DNA of 63,396 bases from Acidimicrobiia bacterium (GCA_035706345.1 DASSVE010000083.1:1-63396); one strand, 5' to 3'. Shown: positions 38,539 to 47,576, numbered from the stretch's first letter. A program made the numbers and translations. The notes: a model not told the origin generated them from the letters alone.

Positions 38539-39458
38539 CCGTCGTCGCCGATCCCGATAGCGTGCCCGCCGAGATCATCGAGAAGCCGAGGCGGCGACAG
38601 AAGCGAGCCGGTGACGAAAGGGCGAAGGCGAGCTGGTTGGTCCGCGCCATGGTGCTGCTGATCGTGGTCATGTGGACCCTTCCCACCCTGGGCCTTTTGG
38701 TCAACTCCTTCCGCACCTCCGCCGAGAGCTCCTCGACCGGGTGGTGGACGTCGTTGTTCAACCCGCTGAGCACTGAGTGGACCCTCGACAACTACGCGAA
38801 CGTGCTGACGTCGGGCGGTCTCTTCGAGGCTCTGATAAACAGTCTCATCGTCACCATCCCGGCGACCGTCATCCCGATCACGTTGGCTGCTTTCGCCGCA
38901 TACGGTTTCGCCTGGCTCCGTTTCAAGGGCCGGAGCCTGCTGTTCGGGATCATCGTCGCCCTGCTGGTGGTGCCGCTCCAGCTCTCCCTGGTCCCGTTGC
39001 TCCAGATCTATCAGGGCGCCGGTCTCACCGGCAGCTTCGTCGGCATCTGGCTGGCCCACACCGGCTTCGGGCTCCCGTTGGCTGTGTTCCTCCTCTACGG
39101 GTTCATCTCGCTCTTGCCCAAGGATCTGTTCGAGTCGGCGTACATCGACGGGGCGACGCCGTTCACGGCCTTCACGAGACTGGTGCTCCCGCTCTCGGTG
39201 CCCGCCCTGGCCTCGTTCGCCATCTTCCAGTTCCTCTGGGTGTGGAACGACTTCCTGGTGGCCCTGGTCTTCCTGGGGACTTCTTCCGACGTGGCGGTGC
39301 TCACCATCGAGTTGGCCTCCATCGTGGGCTCACGTGGCGAGGCCTATCACCTGCTGACCGCTGCGGCATTCGTCTCCATGCTCATCCCGCTGATCGTCTT
39401 CGTGTCCCTCCAGCGCTACTTCGTCAGAGGGCTCCTGGCCGGTTCAGTCAAAGGCTGA
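38535..39458 (+). CDS. Carbohydrate ABC transporter permease (MalG-like)
   Basis: The ATG at 38535 overlaps the upstream stop (ATGA). The EAA loop is ESAYIDGATPFTAFTRLVLP. Confidence 0.85.
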   Translation: MTVVADPDSVPAEIIEKPRRRQKRAGDERAKASWLVRAMVLLIVVMWTLPTLGLLVNSFRTSAESSSTGWWTSLFNPLSTEWTLDNYANVLTSGGLFEALINSLIVTIPATVIPITLAAFAAYGFAWLRFKGRSLLFGIIVALLVVPLQLSLVPLLQIYQGAGLTGSFVGIWLAHTGFGLPLAVFLLYGFISLLPKDLFESAYIDGATPFTAFTRLVLPLSVPALASFAIFQFLWVWNDFLVALVFLGTSSDVAVLTIELASIVGSRGEAYHLLTAAAFVSMLIPLIVFVSLQRYFVRGLLAGSVKG

Positions 39459-39459
39459 C

Positions 39460-40968
39460 GTGCCGTCGTTCGAAGGGAACGCCCTGGTCTCGTTCCAGGG
39501 AAAGACGGTCGACGCTGGGATCGCCCGCCTCTTCGCCGACCCGCGTGCCGCCGGCGCCATGCTCTACGGCCCGCTCAACGTGGAGGGGTCCGAGCAGACC
39601 CGGCGTTTGATCGACGACCTGGTCGAGGCGGCCGGTCGCCCGCTTCTCGCTGCGGTCGACCAGGAAGGGGGTCAACTGATCGGGGCCGGGCCCGACACCA
39701 CCCATTTCGCCGGGAACATGGCGCTGGGAGCGGCTGACTCGCCTGAGCTCACCGAAAGAGTCGCCGCAGCAATAGGCCGTGAGCTGCGCGCCCTCGGCTT
39801 CAACATCAACCTGGCGCCGGTGGTCGACGTGGCCACCAGGCCCTACAACCCGTCGATGGGGATCCGGTCGTTTGGGGAGGATCCCGATCTGGTGGCTCGT
39901 CACGGCGCCGCCTTCGTGAGAGGACTCCAGGGGGAGGGGGTGGCCGCCAGCTTGAAGCACTTCCCCGGCAAAGGGGAGGCATCAGTGGACCCGCACCACG
40001 AGATGCCCGTTCTCGATCTGGACATGGAACGCCTCGATCGGGTCGAGTTCGCCCCTTTCCGGGCCGGCATCGAGGCAGGCGCCCGTTTGCTGATGGTCGG
40101 TCACTACGGCCTGCCCGCGGTGACCGGGGATCGCAGCCTCCCCACCAGTGTCTCGGCGGAGGTGATGGGACCACTGATCAGGGACCGGCTCGGCTTCCAG
40201 GGTCTCATCGTCACCGATGCCCTCGACATGGGGGGCTTCGGCGACCAGAGACCCGACGCCCCTCTCGGAGCCGGGGCCGACCTCCTCCTCTACGGCCCCG
40301 CCCAGGCGGGTGCCCTTCCGGTGACACCACCGGCGGAGTCGCCCCGGTTGGCGGACTTGATGGAATGGCTCGGTGGGTTCGCCGACCCCGACCTGTCAGT
40401 CGTCGGGTGTGCCGAGCACGCCGCCCTGGCCCGTGACCTGGCGGAGCGTTCCATCACCCTGGTCCGCGACGACCCCGGTCTGCTCCCGATCCGGCCTGGT
40501 GCCGGCGCCCGCATCCTGGCCGTCATGCCCCAGCCCAAGGATCTCACCCCGGCCGACACCTCCTCTTCGGTCCGGCCGGCGCTGGCGGAGGCGATCCGGA
40601 GGCATCATCCGGAGACGACGGAGATGGTCGTCTCCTTCGACCCTGGGGAAGATGAGATCGCCCACGCTGCCGATCTGGCCCGCGGGCACGACCTGGTCCT
40701 GATCGGCACCCTCGACGCCACCGCGGCCCAGGCCCGCCTGGTGCAGACGGTCATTGCCACCGGGACGCCTACGGTGGCCATCGCAATGAGGACGCCGTAC
40801 GACCTCGCCAGCTACCCGGAGGCCACCACCTATGTGTGCAGCTACGGGATCCTGCCGCCGAGTGTCGAGGCGCTCGCCGCCGCCCTCTTCGGTTCCCCCA
40901 TGCCGGGTCGGCTCCCGGTGGCGGTGCCCGGCCTCTACCCGGTTGGCCACTCCGTGGACAGGTCATGA
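39460..40968 (+). CDS. Glycoside hydrolase family 3 (NagZ-like beta-N-acetylhexosaminidase) with C-terminal domain
   Basis: 502 aa. The motifs AAVDQEGGQ, KHFPGKGEASVDPH and VTDALDM are GH3 N-terminal-domain motifs. Confidence 0.8.
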   Translation: MPSFEGNALVSFQGKTVDAGIARLFADPRAAGAMLYGPLNVEGSEQTRRLIDDLVEAAGRPLLAAVDQEGGQLIGAGPDTTHFAGNMALGAADSPELTERVAAAIGRELRALGFNINLAPVVDVATRPYNPSMGIRSFGEDPDLVARHGAAFVRGLQGEGVAASLKHFPGKGEASVDPHHEMPVLDLDMERLDRVEFAPFRAGIEAGARLLMVGHYGLPAVTGDRSLPTSVSAEVMGPLIRDRLGFQGLIVTDALDMGGFGDQRPDAPLGAGADLLLYGPAQAGALPVTPPAESPRLADLMEWLGGFADPDLSVVGCAEHAALARDLAERSITLVRDDPGLLPIRPGAGARILAVMPQPKDLTPADTSSSVRPALAEAIRRHHPETTEMVVSFDPGEDEIAHAADLARGHDLVLIGTLDATAAQARLVQTVIATGTPTVAIAMRTPYDLASYPEATTYVCSYGILPPSVEALAAALFGSPMPGRLPVAVPGLYPVGHSVDRS

Positions 40969-41993
40969 CGCTCTGGGACGAGATCCAATCGCAACCTGAA
41001 GTCCTGACCCGGTTCGTCGAGAACCAGTGGGACGACGTCCAGGCAACCGCCGGCTGGATCCAGGATCAGGACTTCACCCACGTCGTGATGGCGGCCCGAG
41101 GGTCCTCGGACAACGCCGCCCGTTACTCTCAGTACCTCTGGGGCGCCCACAACCGGCTCAACGTGGCGCTGGCGGCCCCCTCCCTCTACACGCTCTACCA
41201 CAGCCCGCCCAACCTCGACGGGTCGCTCGTAGTCGGCGTCAGTCAATCGGGCGAATCCCCCGACCTGCTCGCGGTGATGGAGCACGGCAAACGCCAGGGC
41301 CGCCCCACTCTGGCGATCACCAACAACCCGGATTCGCCGATGGCCCTGCTGGCGGATCGGCACCTCGACATCGACGCCGGTCCCGAGCTGGCCGTGGCGG
41401 CCACCAAGACCTACACCTCACAGTTGATGGCGATCGCCGCGCTGTCGGCCGCTCTGGAAGGCTCCAGCCGGCACCACGACTCCTTGCGCGACGTCTCCCG
41501 GGTGGTGACCAGCGCTCTGGAGATGTCCGACCGAATCGCCGGGGCGGCGGAGGGGTTGCGTCATGAGACCCGCTGTGTCGCCATCGGCCGTGGCTTCAAC
41601 CACGCGACCGCCTTCGAGTGGGCGCTCAAGATCGCCGAGCTGTCGTACATCGTTGCGCAGCCCTTCTCGGCTGCCGACTTCCGCCACGGGCCTCTGGCTC
41701 TGGTGGAGCCGGGTCTGCCGGTGCTGGCCGTCGCCACCGACGGCCCGCTCTTCGGCGATGTCGCCGACCTGATCGAGACCGTGCGTCACGGTGGGGCCCG
41801 CGTCACCGCCATCTCGGACCGCGACGACTGCCCGGCCGACGAGCTGATCGTGCTACCGGGTGGTCTGGAGGAGTGGCTGACGCCGATACCGGTGACGGTG
41901 GCGGCCCAGGTGTTCACCTACCACCTGACTGTGGCCCGTGGGCACGATCCGGACAACCCCAGGGCGATTCACAAGGTGACCAAGACCGTCTGA
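40965..41993 (+). CDS. SIS-domain sugar-phosphate isomerase/deaminase (GlmS isomerase-half / AgaS / FrlB-like)
   Basis: The ATG at 40965 overlaps the GH3 stop. There are two SIS repeats (VVMAARGSSDNAA...VGVSQSGESPD and CVAIGRGFNHATAFEWALK). There is no glutaminase domain. Confidence 0.8.
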   Translation: MTLWDEIQSQPEVLTRFVENQWDDVQATAGWIQDQDFTHVVMAARGSSDNAARYSQYLWGAHNRLNVALAAPSLYTLYHSPPNLDGSLVVGVSQSGESPDLLAVMEHGKRQGRPTLAITNNPDSPMALLADRHLDIDAGPELAVAATKTYTSQLMAIAALSAALEGSSRHHDSLRDVSRVVTSALEMSDRIAGAAEGLRHETRCVAIGRGFNHATAFEWALKIAELSYIVAQPFSAADFRHGPLALVEPGLPVLAVATDGPLFGDVADLIETVRHGGARVTAISDRDDCPADELIVLPGGLEEWLTPIPVTVAAQVFTYHLTVARGHDPDNPRAIHKVTKTV

Positions 41994-41997
41994 GGCC

Positions 41998-42786
41998 TCA
42001 GCCTGCCTTGGCCTGCTTCTCCTTGGTGGCCTCGACCGACGCCTTGAGGGCTTCCAGGAGGTCGACGACCTTGGTCGGCTCCGGAGACGACGGTGCGACG
42101 ATCTCCTCACCAGCGACCTTCTTGGCCGCCAACTCCTCGACGGTCTCCCGGGTCTTGTCGACGAACTGGGATCCGTCGAAGGGCCGGGTCAGGTTGTCGA
42201 TGATGGCTCCGGCCATCTCGACTTCCTCAGGCCGGACCTCGACCTCGGCCTGAATCTCCTCGAACTCGGCCTCACGGATCTCGTCGGGCCAGTACATGGT
42301 CTCCATCACGATGACGTCGTCCTTGACCCGGAGCGTGGCGAGCTGCTGTTTCTCCCTGATGGACACCTTGGCGATCCCGACCCGCCCCTTCTGCTCCAGG
42401 GCCTCCTTGAGGATCTTGTACGCCTTGATCCCGGTCTTCTCGGGGGCGAGGTAGTACGCCTTCTGGTACATCATCGGGTCGATCTCGTCTTCGTCGACGA
42501 ACTGGATGACGTCGACCAGCTTGTTGCCATCGGGGCTGACCGCCTCCAACTCCTCGTCGGTGAAGACGACGTAGCGGTCCTTCTCGAACTCGTAGCCCTT
42601 GACGATGTCCTCCCAGGCGACTTCCTCGCCGTCGGCCTCGGCGACCCGCTTGTATCGGATGGGGGAGTGGTCGGTCTTCCGAAGCTGCTTGAACCGCGGC
42701 GTCTTGTTGTCGGTGGCCGTGTACATGGCCACCGGGATGGTGACCAGACCGAAGTTGATCGCGCCTTTCCAGATCGCTCTAGGCAT
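41998..42786 (-). CDS. ku: Ku protein (NHEJ DNA-end binding)
   Basis: The ATG is at 42786. MPRAIWKGAINFGLVTIPVAMYTAT is the bacterial Ku N-terminus. The C-tail is Lys/Glu-rich. Confidence 0.9.
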   Translation of the reverse strand: MPRAIWKGAINFGLVTIPVAMYTATDNKTPRFKQLRKTDHSPIRYKRVAEADGEEVAWEDIVKGYEFEKDRYVVFTDEELEAVSPDGNKLVDVIQFVDEDEIDPMMYQKAYYLAPEKTGIKAYKILKEALEQKGRVGIAKVSIREKQQLATLRVKDDVIVMETMYWPDEIREAEFEEIQAEVEVRPEEVEMAGAIIDNLTRPFDGSQFVDKTRETVEELAAKKVAGEEIVAPSSPEPTKVVDLLEALKASVEATKEKQAKAG

Positions 42787-42845
42787 GTGGATAACTCTAC
42801 GCACCGTTCGGGACAGTTTCGAAGGCGGCCGATACCCTGCCGCCG

Positions 42846-43427
42846 GTGCTGCTGAAACGTCCGATCCTGGAGCGGATCGCCGCCGGAGAGGTCGATCTCG
42901 CCTTTCGCCGATGGACCCGTCCCACGGTCAAGAGCGGTGGCTCGTTGCGGACCCCGCTCGGCATGCTCCGAATCGTCGTGGTGGCTCGAGTCGATATCAC
43001 GGAGATCACCGAGGAGGATGCACGACGGGCCGGCCTGCAACTGGACGAGCTGATCTCATTCCTCGATCAGAAGACCGAGGGTGACGTCTACCGGGTCGAG
43101 CTCGGTCCGATCGAGCCCGATCCCCGGGTGACACTGCGCGAGGAGAGCGATCTGTCGCCGGAGCAGATCGCCGATCTGACCAGGAGACTCGACCGTCTCG
43201 ACCGGGCCGGCAAACGGGGGCCGTGGACCCGGCAGTTCCTCCGTCTCCTCGCCCACAACCCTCACGTCAGGGCACAGGATCTGGCGGACGGGCTCGGTCT
43301 CGAGAAGGACGTGTTCAAGAACGACGTACGCAAGCTGAAGGAACTCGGTCTGACCATCAGCTTCTCGCCCGGTTACGAGCTTTCACCCCGAGGCAAGGCG
43401 CTCCTCGAGGCCTTAGAGGACGTCTAG
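42846..43427 (+). CDS. Hypothetical two-domain protein (N-terminal ASCH/PUA-like region, C-terminal winged-helix-like region)
   Basis: 193 aa with a GTG start, divergent from ku. The N-terminus LERIAAGEVDLAFRRW...VYRVEL is reminiscent of small beta-barrel ASCH-type domains. The C-terminus is VRAQDLADGLGLEKDVFKNDVRKLKELGLT. The domain assignment is tentative. Confidence 0.45.
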   Translation: MLLKRPILERIAAGEVDLAFRRWTRPTVKSGGSLRTPLGMLRIVVVARVDITEITEEDARRAGLQLDELISFLDQKTEGDVYRVELGPIEPDPRVTLREESDLSPEQIADLTRRLDRLDRAGKRGPWTRQFLRLLAHNPHVRAQDLADGLGLEKDVFKNDVRKLKELGLTISFSPGYELSPRGKALLEALEDV

Positions 43428-43621
43428 CCGCGGCGCTCGTTGCCTCGTTTGTAGTTGCCGGTGATCTTGGCCATGAGTTGCTGCGGATCCGACGTCTTCA
43501 CCCGGGCGAGGAACTTCGTCGCCGAATCACCGCGAAGCACGGTGGCGGCCCGGTCGTGATGGCTGATGACGACATCGCCGTTCTTGCGGACCTGGAAGCA
43601 GAACCCGGTGGGCTGAGCCAT
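43424..43621 (-). CDS. Small conserved-looking hypothetical protein
   Basis: 65 aa (MAQPTGFCFQVRKNGDVVISHHDRAATVLRG...). It lies 3 nt downstream of the oxidoreductase gene in the same operon. No family is recognised. Confidence 0.45.
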   Translation of the reverse strand: MAQPTGFCFQVRKNGDVVISHHDRAATVLRGDSATKFLARVKTSDPQQLMAKITGNYKRGNERRG

Positions 43622-43624
43622 GTC

Positions 43625-44416
43625 TCAGCTATCCGGCTCGGCTACGGGCATCCCATCGGTCTTCACCCGACGCAGCACGTCCACCGTGGCGCTGGTCATC
43701 GCCGGCGGCACACCCAGTGAGGTGAGGAAGTCACGCGCTGCCTCCATTTCGTGGAGTCGTCGCTCGACGTGCACCTCCGTGCCGGTGACCAGACGACGGA
43801 GCAGGGCCTCGTCGGCGTCGGTGATCAGTTCGACCAGGTGCGCCCAGAACCATTCCTGTCTTCCGTAGGCGTCGGCCGCTTCCAGACCTTCGATGACCAG
43901 TGAGGTCAGGCCCTTGGCGATGACGCTCCGCAGCAGCTTGCGGGCGGAGGCCTCGCCGGCGGCGCCGTCGAGCACGGTCACCCGCCCGCCAATCGGGTTC
44001 ACCGCGTTGGCGAATCGAGGTGCACCCGGTCCCGAGGCCAGGGCCGGAGTGGACAGACCGTTTCCCGGTACGGGCGCCATCAGCGCCACGTCGGCGAATG
44101 CGATCCCACGCCCTGATGCCTGCTCGGCCAGATCGGCTTTCAATTCCGGTGCGGCGGTGGCCACGTCGGCGTAGACCGAACCGTCCTGGATTCGGTCAAG
44201 AGCCTGGGTGAAGGCCTGACGGGCATCCCTGGCGGCGGTGGCGGCGAGGATCAGTGCCGACCCGGTAACGGCATCCATTGGCCGATCGTGACGTGTGATG
44301 CCCTGTGGGGTGGCCACGGGAGCCGGGTCGTACCCGTGGACCTCGACTCCGGCCCCGGTCAGGTCGGTGGCGATCAGCGAGCCTGCCTCGCCCAGACCGA
44401 AGACGGTGACTCTCAT
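43625..44416 (-). CDS. NAD(P)-binding oxidoreductase (6PGDH-type N-domain + DUF1932-like C-domain)
   Basis: 263 aa. The Rossmann motif is VTVFGLGEAGSLIATDL, and the C-terminal domain is helical. Confidence 0.65.
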   Translation of the reverse strand: MRVTVFGLGEAGSLIATDLTGAGVEVHGYDPAPVATPQGITRHDRPMDAVTGSALILAATAARDARQAFTQALDRIQDGSVYADVATAAPELKADLAEQASGRGIAFADVALMAPVPGNGLSTPALASGPGAPRFANAVNPIGGRVTVLDGAAGEASARKLLRSVIAKGLTSLVIEGLEAADAYGRQEWFWAHLVELITDADEALLRRLVTGTEVHVERRLHEMEAARDFLTSLGVPPAMTSATVDVLRRVKTDGMPVAEPDS

Positions 44417-44420
44417 GAGC

Positions 44421-45116
44421 TCAGACGTCCTCGAGGTCGCCCACCCAACGGACGCCGAGACCCTCCAGCTTCTCGCGCAGACCGTAGAAGTCGAGACCGA
44501 GTTCCCCCGCCTCCAGACGCTGCCGGGTCTCCCTCTCCTTGGCCAGCCGTGCCGCGGCAGCCTGTCTCACATCTTCGGCGCGATCTCCGGGCACTACGAC
44601 CACGCCGTCGTCGTCGGCGACGACCACGTCACCCGGCACGACTTCGACACCGCCGCAGACGACGGGAACGTTGACCCATCCCGGGGTCTCCTTGACCGTC
44701 CCCTGAGCGTGGATCGCCGCCGACCAGACCGGGAACCCCATCTGACGCAGGTCCGCGACGTCCCTGACCCCGGCGTCGACCACCAGGCCGGCACACCCGC
44801 GTCCCACGAGCGAGGTGGCGAGAAGTTCGCCGACCATCCCGTCGGTCGAGGGCGAGGTCGTGGTGATGACGAGGATGTCCCCGGGCTCGACGACTTCGAC
44901 CGCGGCGTGAACCATCATGTTGTCCCCGGCGGGGCAGAGGACGGTCACGGCCGGTCCGGCGACCCGGGCCCCATCCTGGATGGGCCGGATCCCTGGCCTG
45001 GTGAGACCGGTCCTGCCCATTGCCTCGTGGACCGTGGCCACCCCGGCTTCCGCCAACCCGGCGACCACGTCGGGAGCGGGCCGCTCGATCTTGCGGACGA
45101 TCACCGGGTCGGTCAT
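44421..45116 (-). CDS. RraA-like class II aldolase (4-carboxy-4-hydroxy-2-oxoadipate aldolase/oxaloacetate decarboxylase type)
   Basis: The ATG at 45116 overlaps the upstream stop (ATGA). The segments GDILVITT...GELLATSL...GLVVDAGVRD are the RraA/HMG-aldolase fold signature. Confidence 0.75.
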   Translation of the reverse strand: MTDPVIVRKIERPAPDVVAGLAEAGVATVHEAMGRTGLTRPGIRPIQDGARVAGPAVTVLCPAGDNMMVHAAVEVVEPGDILVITTTSPSTDGMVGELLATSLVGRGCAGLVVDAGVRDVADLRQMGFPVWSAAIHAQGTVKETPGWVNVPVVCGGVEVVPGDVVVADDDGVVVVPGDRAEDVRQAAAARLAKERETRQRLEAGELGLDFYGLREKLEGLGVRWVGDLEDV

Positions 45117-45838
45117 GTCAGTTCTGTCGCCACCTGGGGATAGACCCGCTGGTAGGCCTCGCCCATGGTCTCGGTGGGCAGCCCCAGATTGGGTCCTGAG
45201 TTGCGCTTCGCCTGACCGCCCCTTCGTCTGGCCACATCCGTGTAGTAGTCCCAGAGATGGGTCTGGCCCTCCATGCAGTGCATCGCCTCCAACTTGGTCT
45301 CCCACACCTCGGTGATGTCGAGGAGGACATCGGGCATGAACCCGGAGTACTCGGTCTGGTGAGGCTCGAACAAGAACACCGGGGGTGCCCCGATCGGCTC
45401 GCCTTCCGGCCGATATCCGGCGGCCTGGGCGATGATCCGGGCCTCGACGGCGAGACGGTGCGCCGTCTCGTGGTCTTTGTTCCACGGGTCACGCTCGGTG
45501 TGGGTCAGCACCACGGTTGGCCGGGTCTCCCGATAGATGCCGGCGAGCCGGTCCAGAAGCTCCGGGGTGGCGATCAGCGGGTAGTCGTCTGCGTCGAGGA
45601 ACCGGATCTTCGCCCCGAGCACGGCGGCCGCCTTCTCCGCCTCCTCGTGACGGGCCTGCTTCACCTGGGCCAGGTCCATCCCCGCCCGCCAATAGCGAGC
45701 CGACTCACCCCTCTCCCCGTAAGCCAGGCACACGACGTTGACCTCATGGCCTCGGCTGGCGTATAGCGCGATGGCTCCGCCGGAGCGCCATACGAAATCC
45801 CCGACGTGGGCGCTGACCACCAGGAGCGATTCCGACAC
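45113..45838 (-). CDS. PIG-L/LmbE family Zn hydrolase (GalB-type 4-oxalomesaconate hydratase candidate)
   Basis: LLVVSAHVGDFVWRSGGAIA...HTERDPWNKDH is the PIG-L motif pattern. The start is set at GTG 45838. TTG 45853 is the alternative. Confidence 0.7.
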   Translation of the reverse strand: MSESLLVVSAHVGDFVWRSGGAIALYASRGHEVNVVCLAYGERGESARYWRAGMDLAQVKQARHEEAEKAAAVLGAKIRFLDADDYPLIATPELLDRLAGIYRETRPTVVLTHTERDPWNKDHETAHRLAVEARIIAQAAGYRPEGEPIGAPPVFLFEPHQTEYSGFMPDVLLDITEVWETKLEAMHCMEGQTHLWDYYTDVARRRGGQAKRNSGPNLGLPTETMGEAYQRVYPQVATELT

Positions 45839-45847
45839 GGCGCAACA

Positions 45848-45864
45848 GTACAACTCGTTTGTAC
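45848..45864. promoter_or_regulatory. Inverted repeat GTACAA-N5-TTGTAC in a very short divergent gap
   Basis: This perfect 6+6 palindrome is the only AT-rich element between the divergent PIG-L-type and PrpF-type genes. Confidence 0.35.
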
Positions 45865-45874
45865 GATCGGTCCC

Positions 45875-46930
45875 GTGGACGGCGTTCGGTGCATGATCAT
45901 GCGGGGTGGCACATCCAAGGGTGCGTTCTTCCTCGAGTCCGACCTACCCGCCGACGAAGCCGAGCGTGATCGGCTCCTGTTGCAGATCATGGGGACCCCC
46001 GACGCCCGCCAGATCGACGGCATGGGCGGCGCCCACCCGCTGACCAGCAAGGTGGCGGTGGTGACGCCGTCGACCGACCCGGAGACCGACATCGAGTACC
46101 TCTTCCTCCAGGTCGGCGTGGGCGATGCCTTCGTCACCGACCGGCAGAACTGCGGGAACATGCTGGCCGCAGTCGGCCCGTTCGCCTTGGAGCGGGGGAT
46201 CATCGACCTCCCCGACGGACCGGCTGCCGTACGCATCCTGATGCGGAACACCGGTGGTAAGGCAGTGGCCCACTTCCAGGTGGAGAACGGGGCCCCGGTC
46301 TACGACGGGGACACCGCCATCTCCGGCGTCCCCGGCACCGCAGCCCCGATCGACATCGACTTCCTCGGTATCGCCGGAGGGTCGACCGGAGCGCTCTTGC
46401 CCACCGGGCAGGTGGCAGATCACATCGATGCGATCGAGGTCACCTTGGTGGACAACGGGATGCCGGTGGTGGTCATGAGGGCGGAGGACCTCGGGATCAC
46501 CGGTCACGAGGATTGCGCCGACCTGGAGGCCAACGAGGGGCTGCGCACGCGTCTGGAAGGGATCCGGCTCGAGGCCGGGCGGCTGATGGGTCTGGGAGAC
46601 GTCACCGACACCACCATCCCGAAGATGACCATGGTGGCGCCACCCAAGGAGGGGGGAGCGTTATCCACCCGCACCTTCATCCCGCATCGGTGTCATGAGG
46701 CGATCGGGGTACTGGGGGCGGTGTCGGTGGCGACCGCGGCCATGCTCGAGGGCTCGCCGGCTCATGAGATGGCGGCACTCGACCCGGATTCGCCGGTGGT
46801 GACGCTGGAGCATCCCACCGGTACTTTCGATGCCCTGGTCGAGATGGCCGACGGAGAGGTGATTCGGGCCGGGATCGTGCGCACCGCCCGCAAGCTCATG
46901 GACGGGACGGTCTACCCGAGGGCGTACTGA
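45875..46930 (+). CDS. PrpF-family isomerase (4-oxalomesaconate tautomerase GalD-like)
   Basis: The segment CMIMRGGTSKGAFF...IDGMGGAHPLTSKVAVV is a PrpF/AcnD-accessory family signature. The start is uncertain (GTG 45875, ATG 45893 or GTG 45806). Confidence 0.75.
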   Translation: MDGVRCMIMRGGTSKGAFFLESDLPADEAERDRLLLQIMGTPDARQIDGMGGAHPLTSKVAVVTPSTDPETDIEYLFLQVGVGDAFVTDRQNCGNMLAAVGPFALERGIIDLPDGPAAVRILMRNTGGKAVAHFQVENGAPVYDGDTAISGVPGTAAPIDIDFLGIAGGSTGALLPTGQVADHIDAIEVTLVDNGMPVVVMRAEDLGITGHEDCADLEANEGLRTRLEGIRLEAGRLMGLGDVTDTTIPKMTMVAPPKEGGALSTRTFIPHRCHEAIGVLGAVSVATAAMLEGSPAHEMAALDPDSPVVTLEHPTGTFDALVEMADGEVIRAGIVRTARKLMDGTVYPRAY

Positions 46931-46933
46931 GCC

Positions 46934-47527
46934 CTAGAAGTCGATGCGGACCACGGCCCGACGCTTGGTGGGCCGGCTGACCACCGAGAACCCGGCCTCG
47001 AGGTAGGTGTCGAGCGTCCCGACGTGGAGCTCCTCCGGGATCACCTGCTTGGTGGTGATCGGATAGGCCTCGACGGCCCGTGCACCTCCACGACGGGCGA
47101 AGTCGACCGAGGCCTTGGCCAGCTCCTTGGAGACACCTCGCTTGCGGGACCCGGCTCGGGTGAACAGACATGTCACCGCCCAAACGGTGGGGTCGGACCG
47201 ATCCTCGTCGCGGCCCTCCCACGGAACGCGGAACACCCGCACCAGCCCGATGTACTCCGGGCGGGGCTCGACCGCGCACCAGCCAACGGGCTCGTCGTTC
47301 AGATAGGCGACGAGACCAGAGGTGGTTCCCGAGCCCGGGTCACCGCAGTCGGTCTGCTCACGAAGCCTGAGTTGGCGCTCCTCCACCGGAACCGATCCGA
47401 ACGACTCACCGGGCTCCAGCTTGTACCGCTGGCACTGGCAGACCCGTCCCGTTCCGCGGGACCCGAAGATCAGCTGCAGGTCTTCACAAGCGGACTCGTT
47501 GGCGGGAAGGATGGTGAGGTCGTCCAA
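46934..47527 (-). CDS. GNAT family N-acetyltransferase
   Basis: 197 aa. The acetyl-CoA motif region is FTRAGSRKRGVSKELAKASVDFARRGGARAVEAYP. Confidence 0.7.
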   Translation of the reverse strand: MDDLTILPANESACEDLQLIFGSRGTGRVCQCQRYKLEPGESFGSVPVEERQLRLREQTDCGDPGSGTTSGLVAYLNDEPVGWCAVEPRPEYIGLVRVFRVPWEGRDEDRSDPTVWAVTCLFTRAGSRKRGVSKELAKASVDFARRGGARAVEAYPITTKQVIPEELHVGTLDTYLEAGFSVVSRPTKRRAVVRIDF

Positions 47528-47576
47528 GGTGGTCCAGCGAGGTTAGGGGCGTCGCCGGACATCGAGGTTGGATCAA

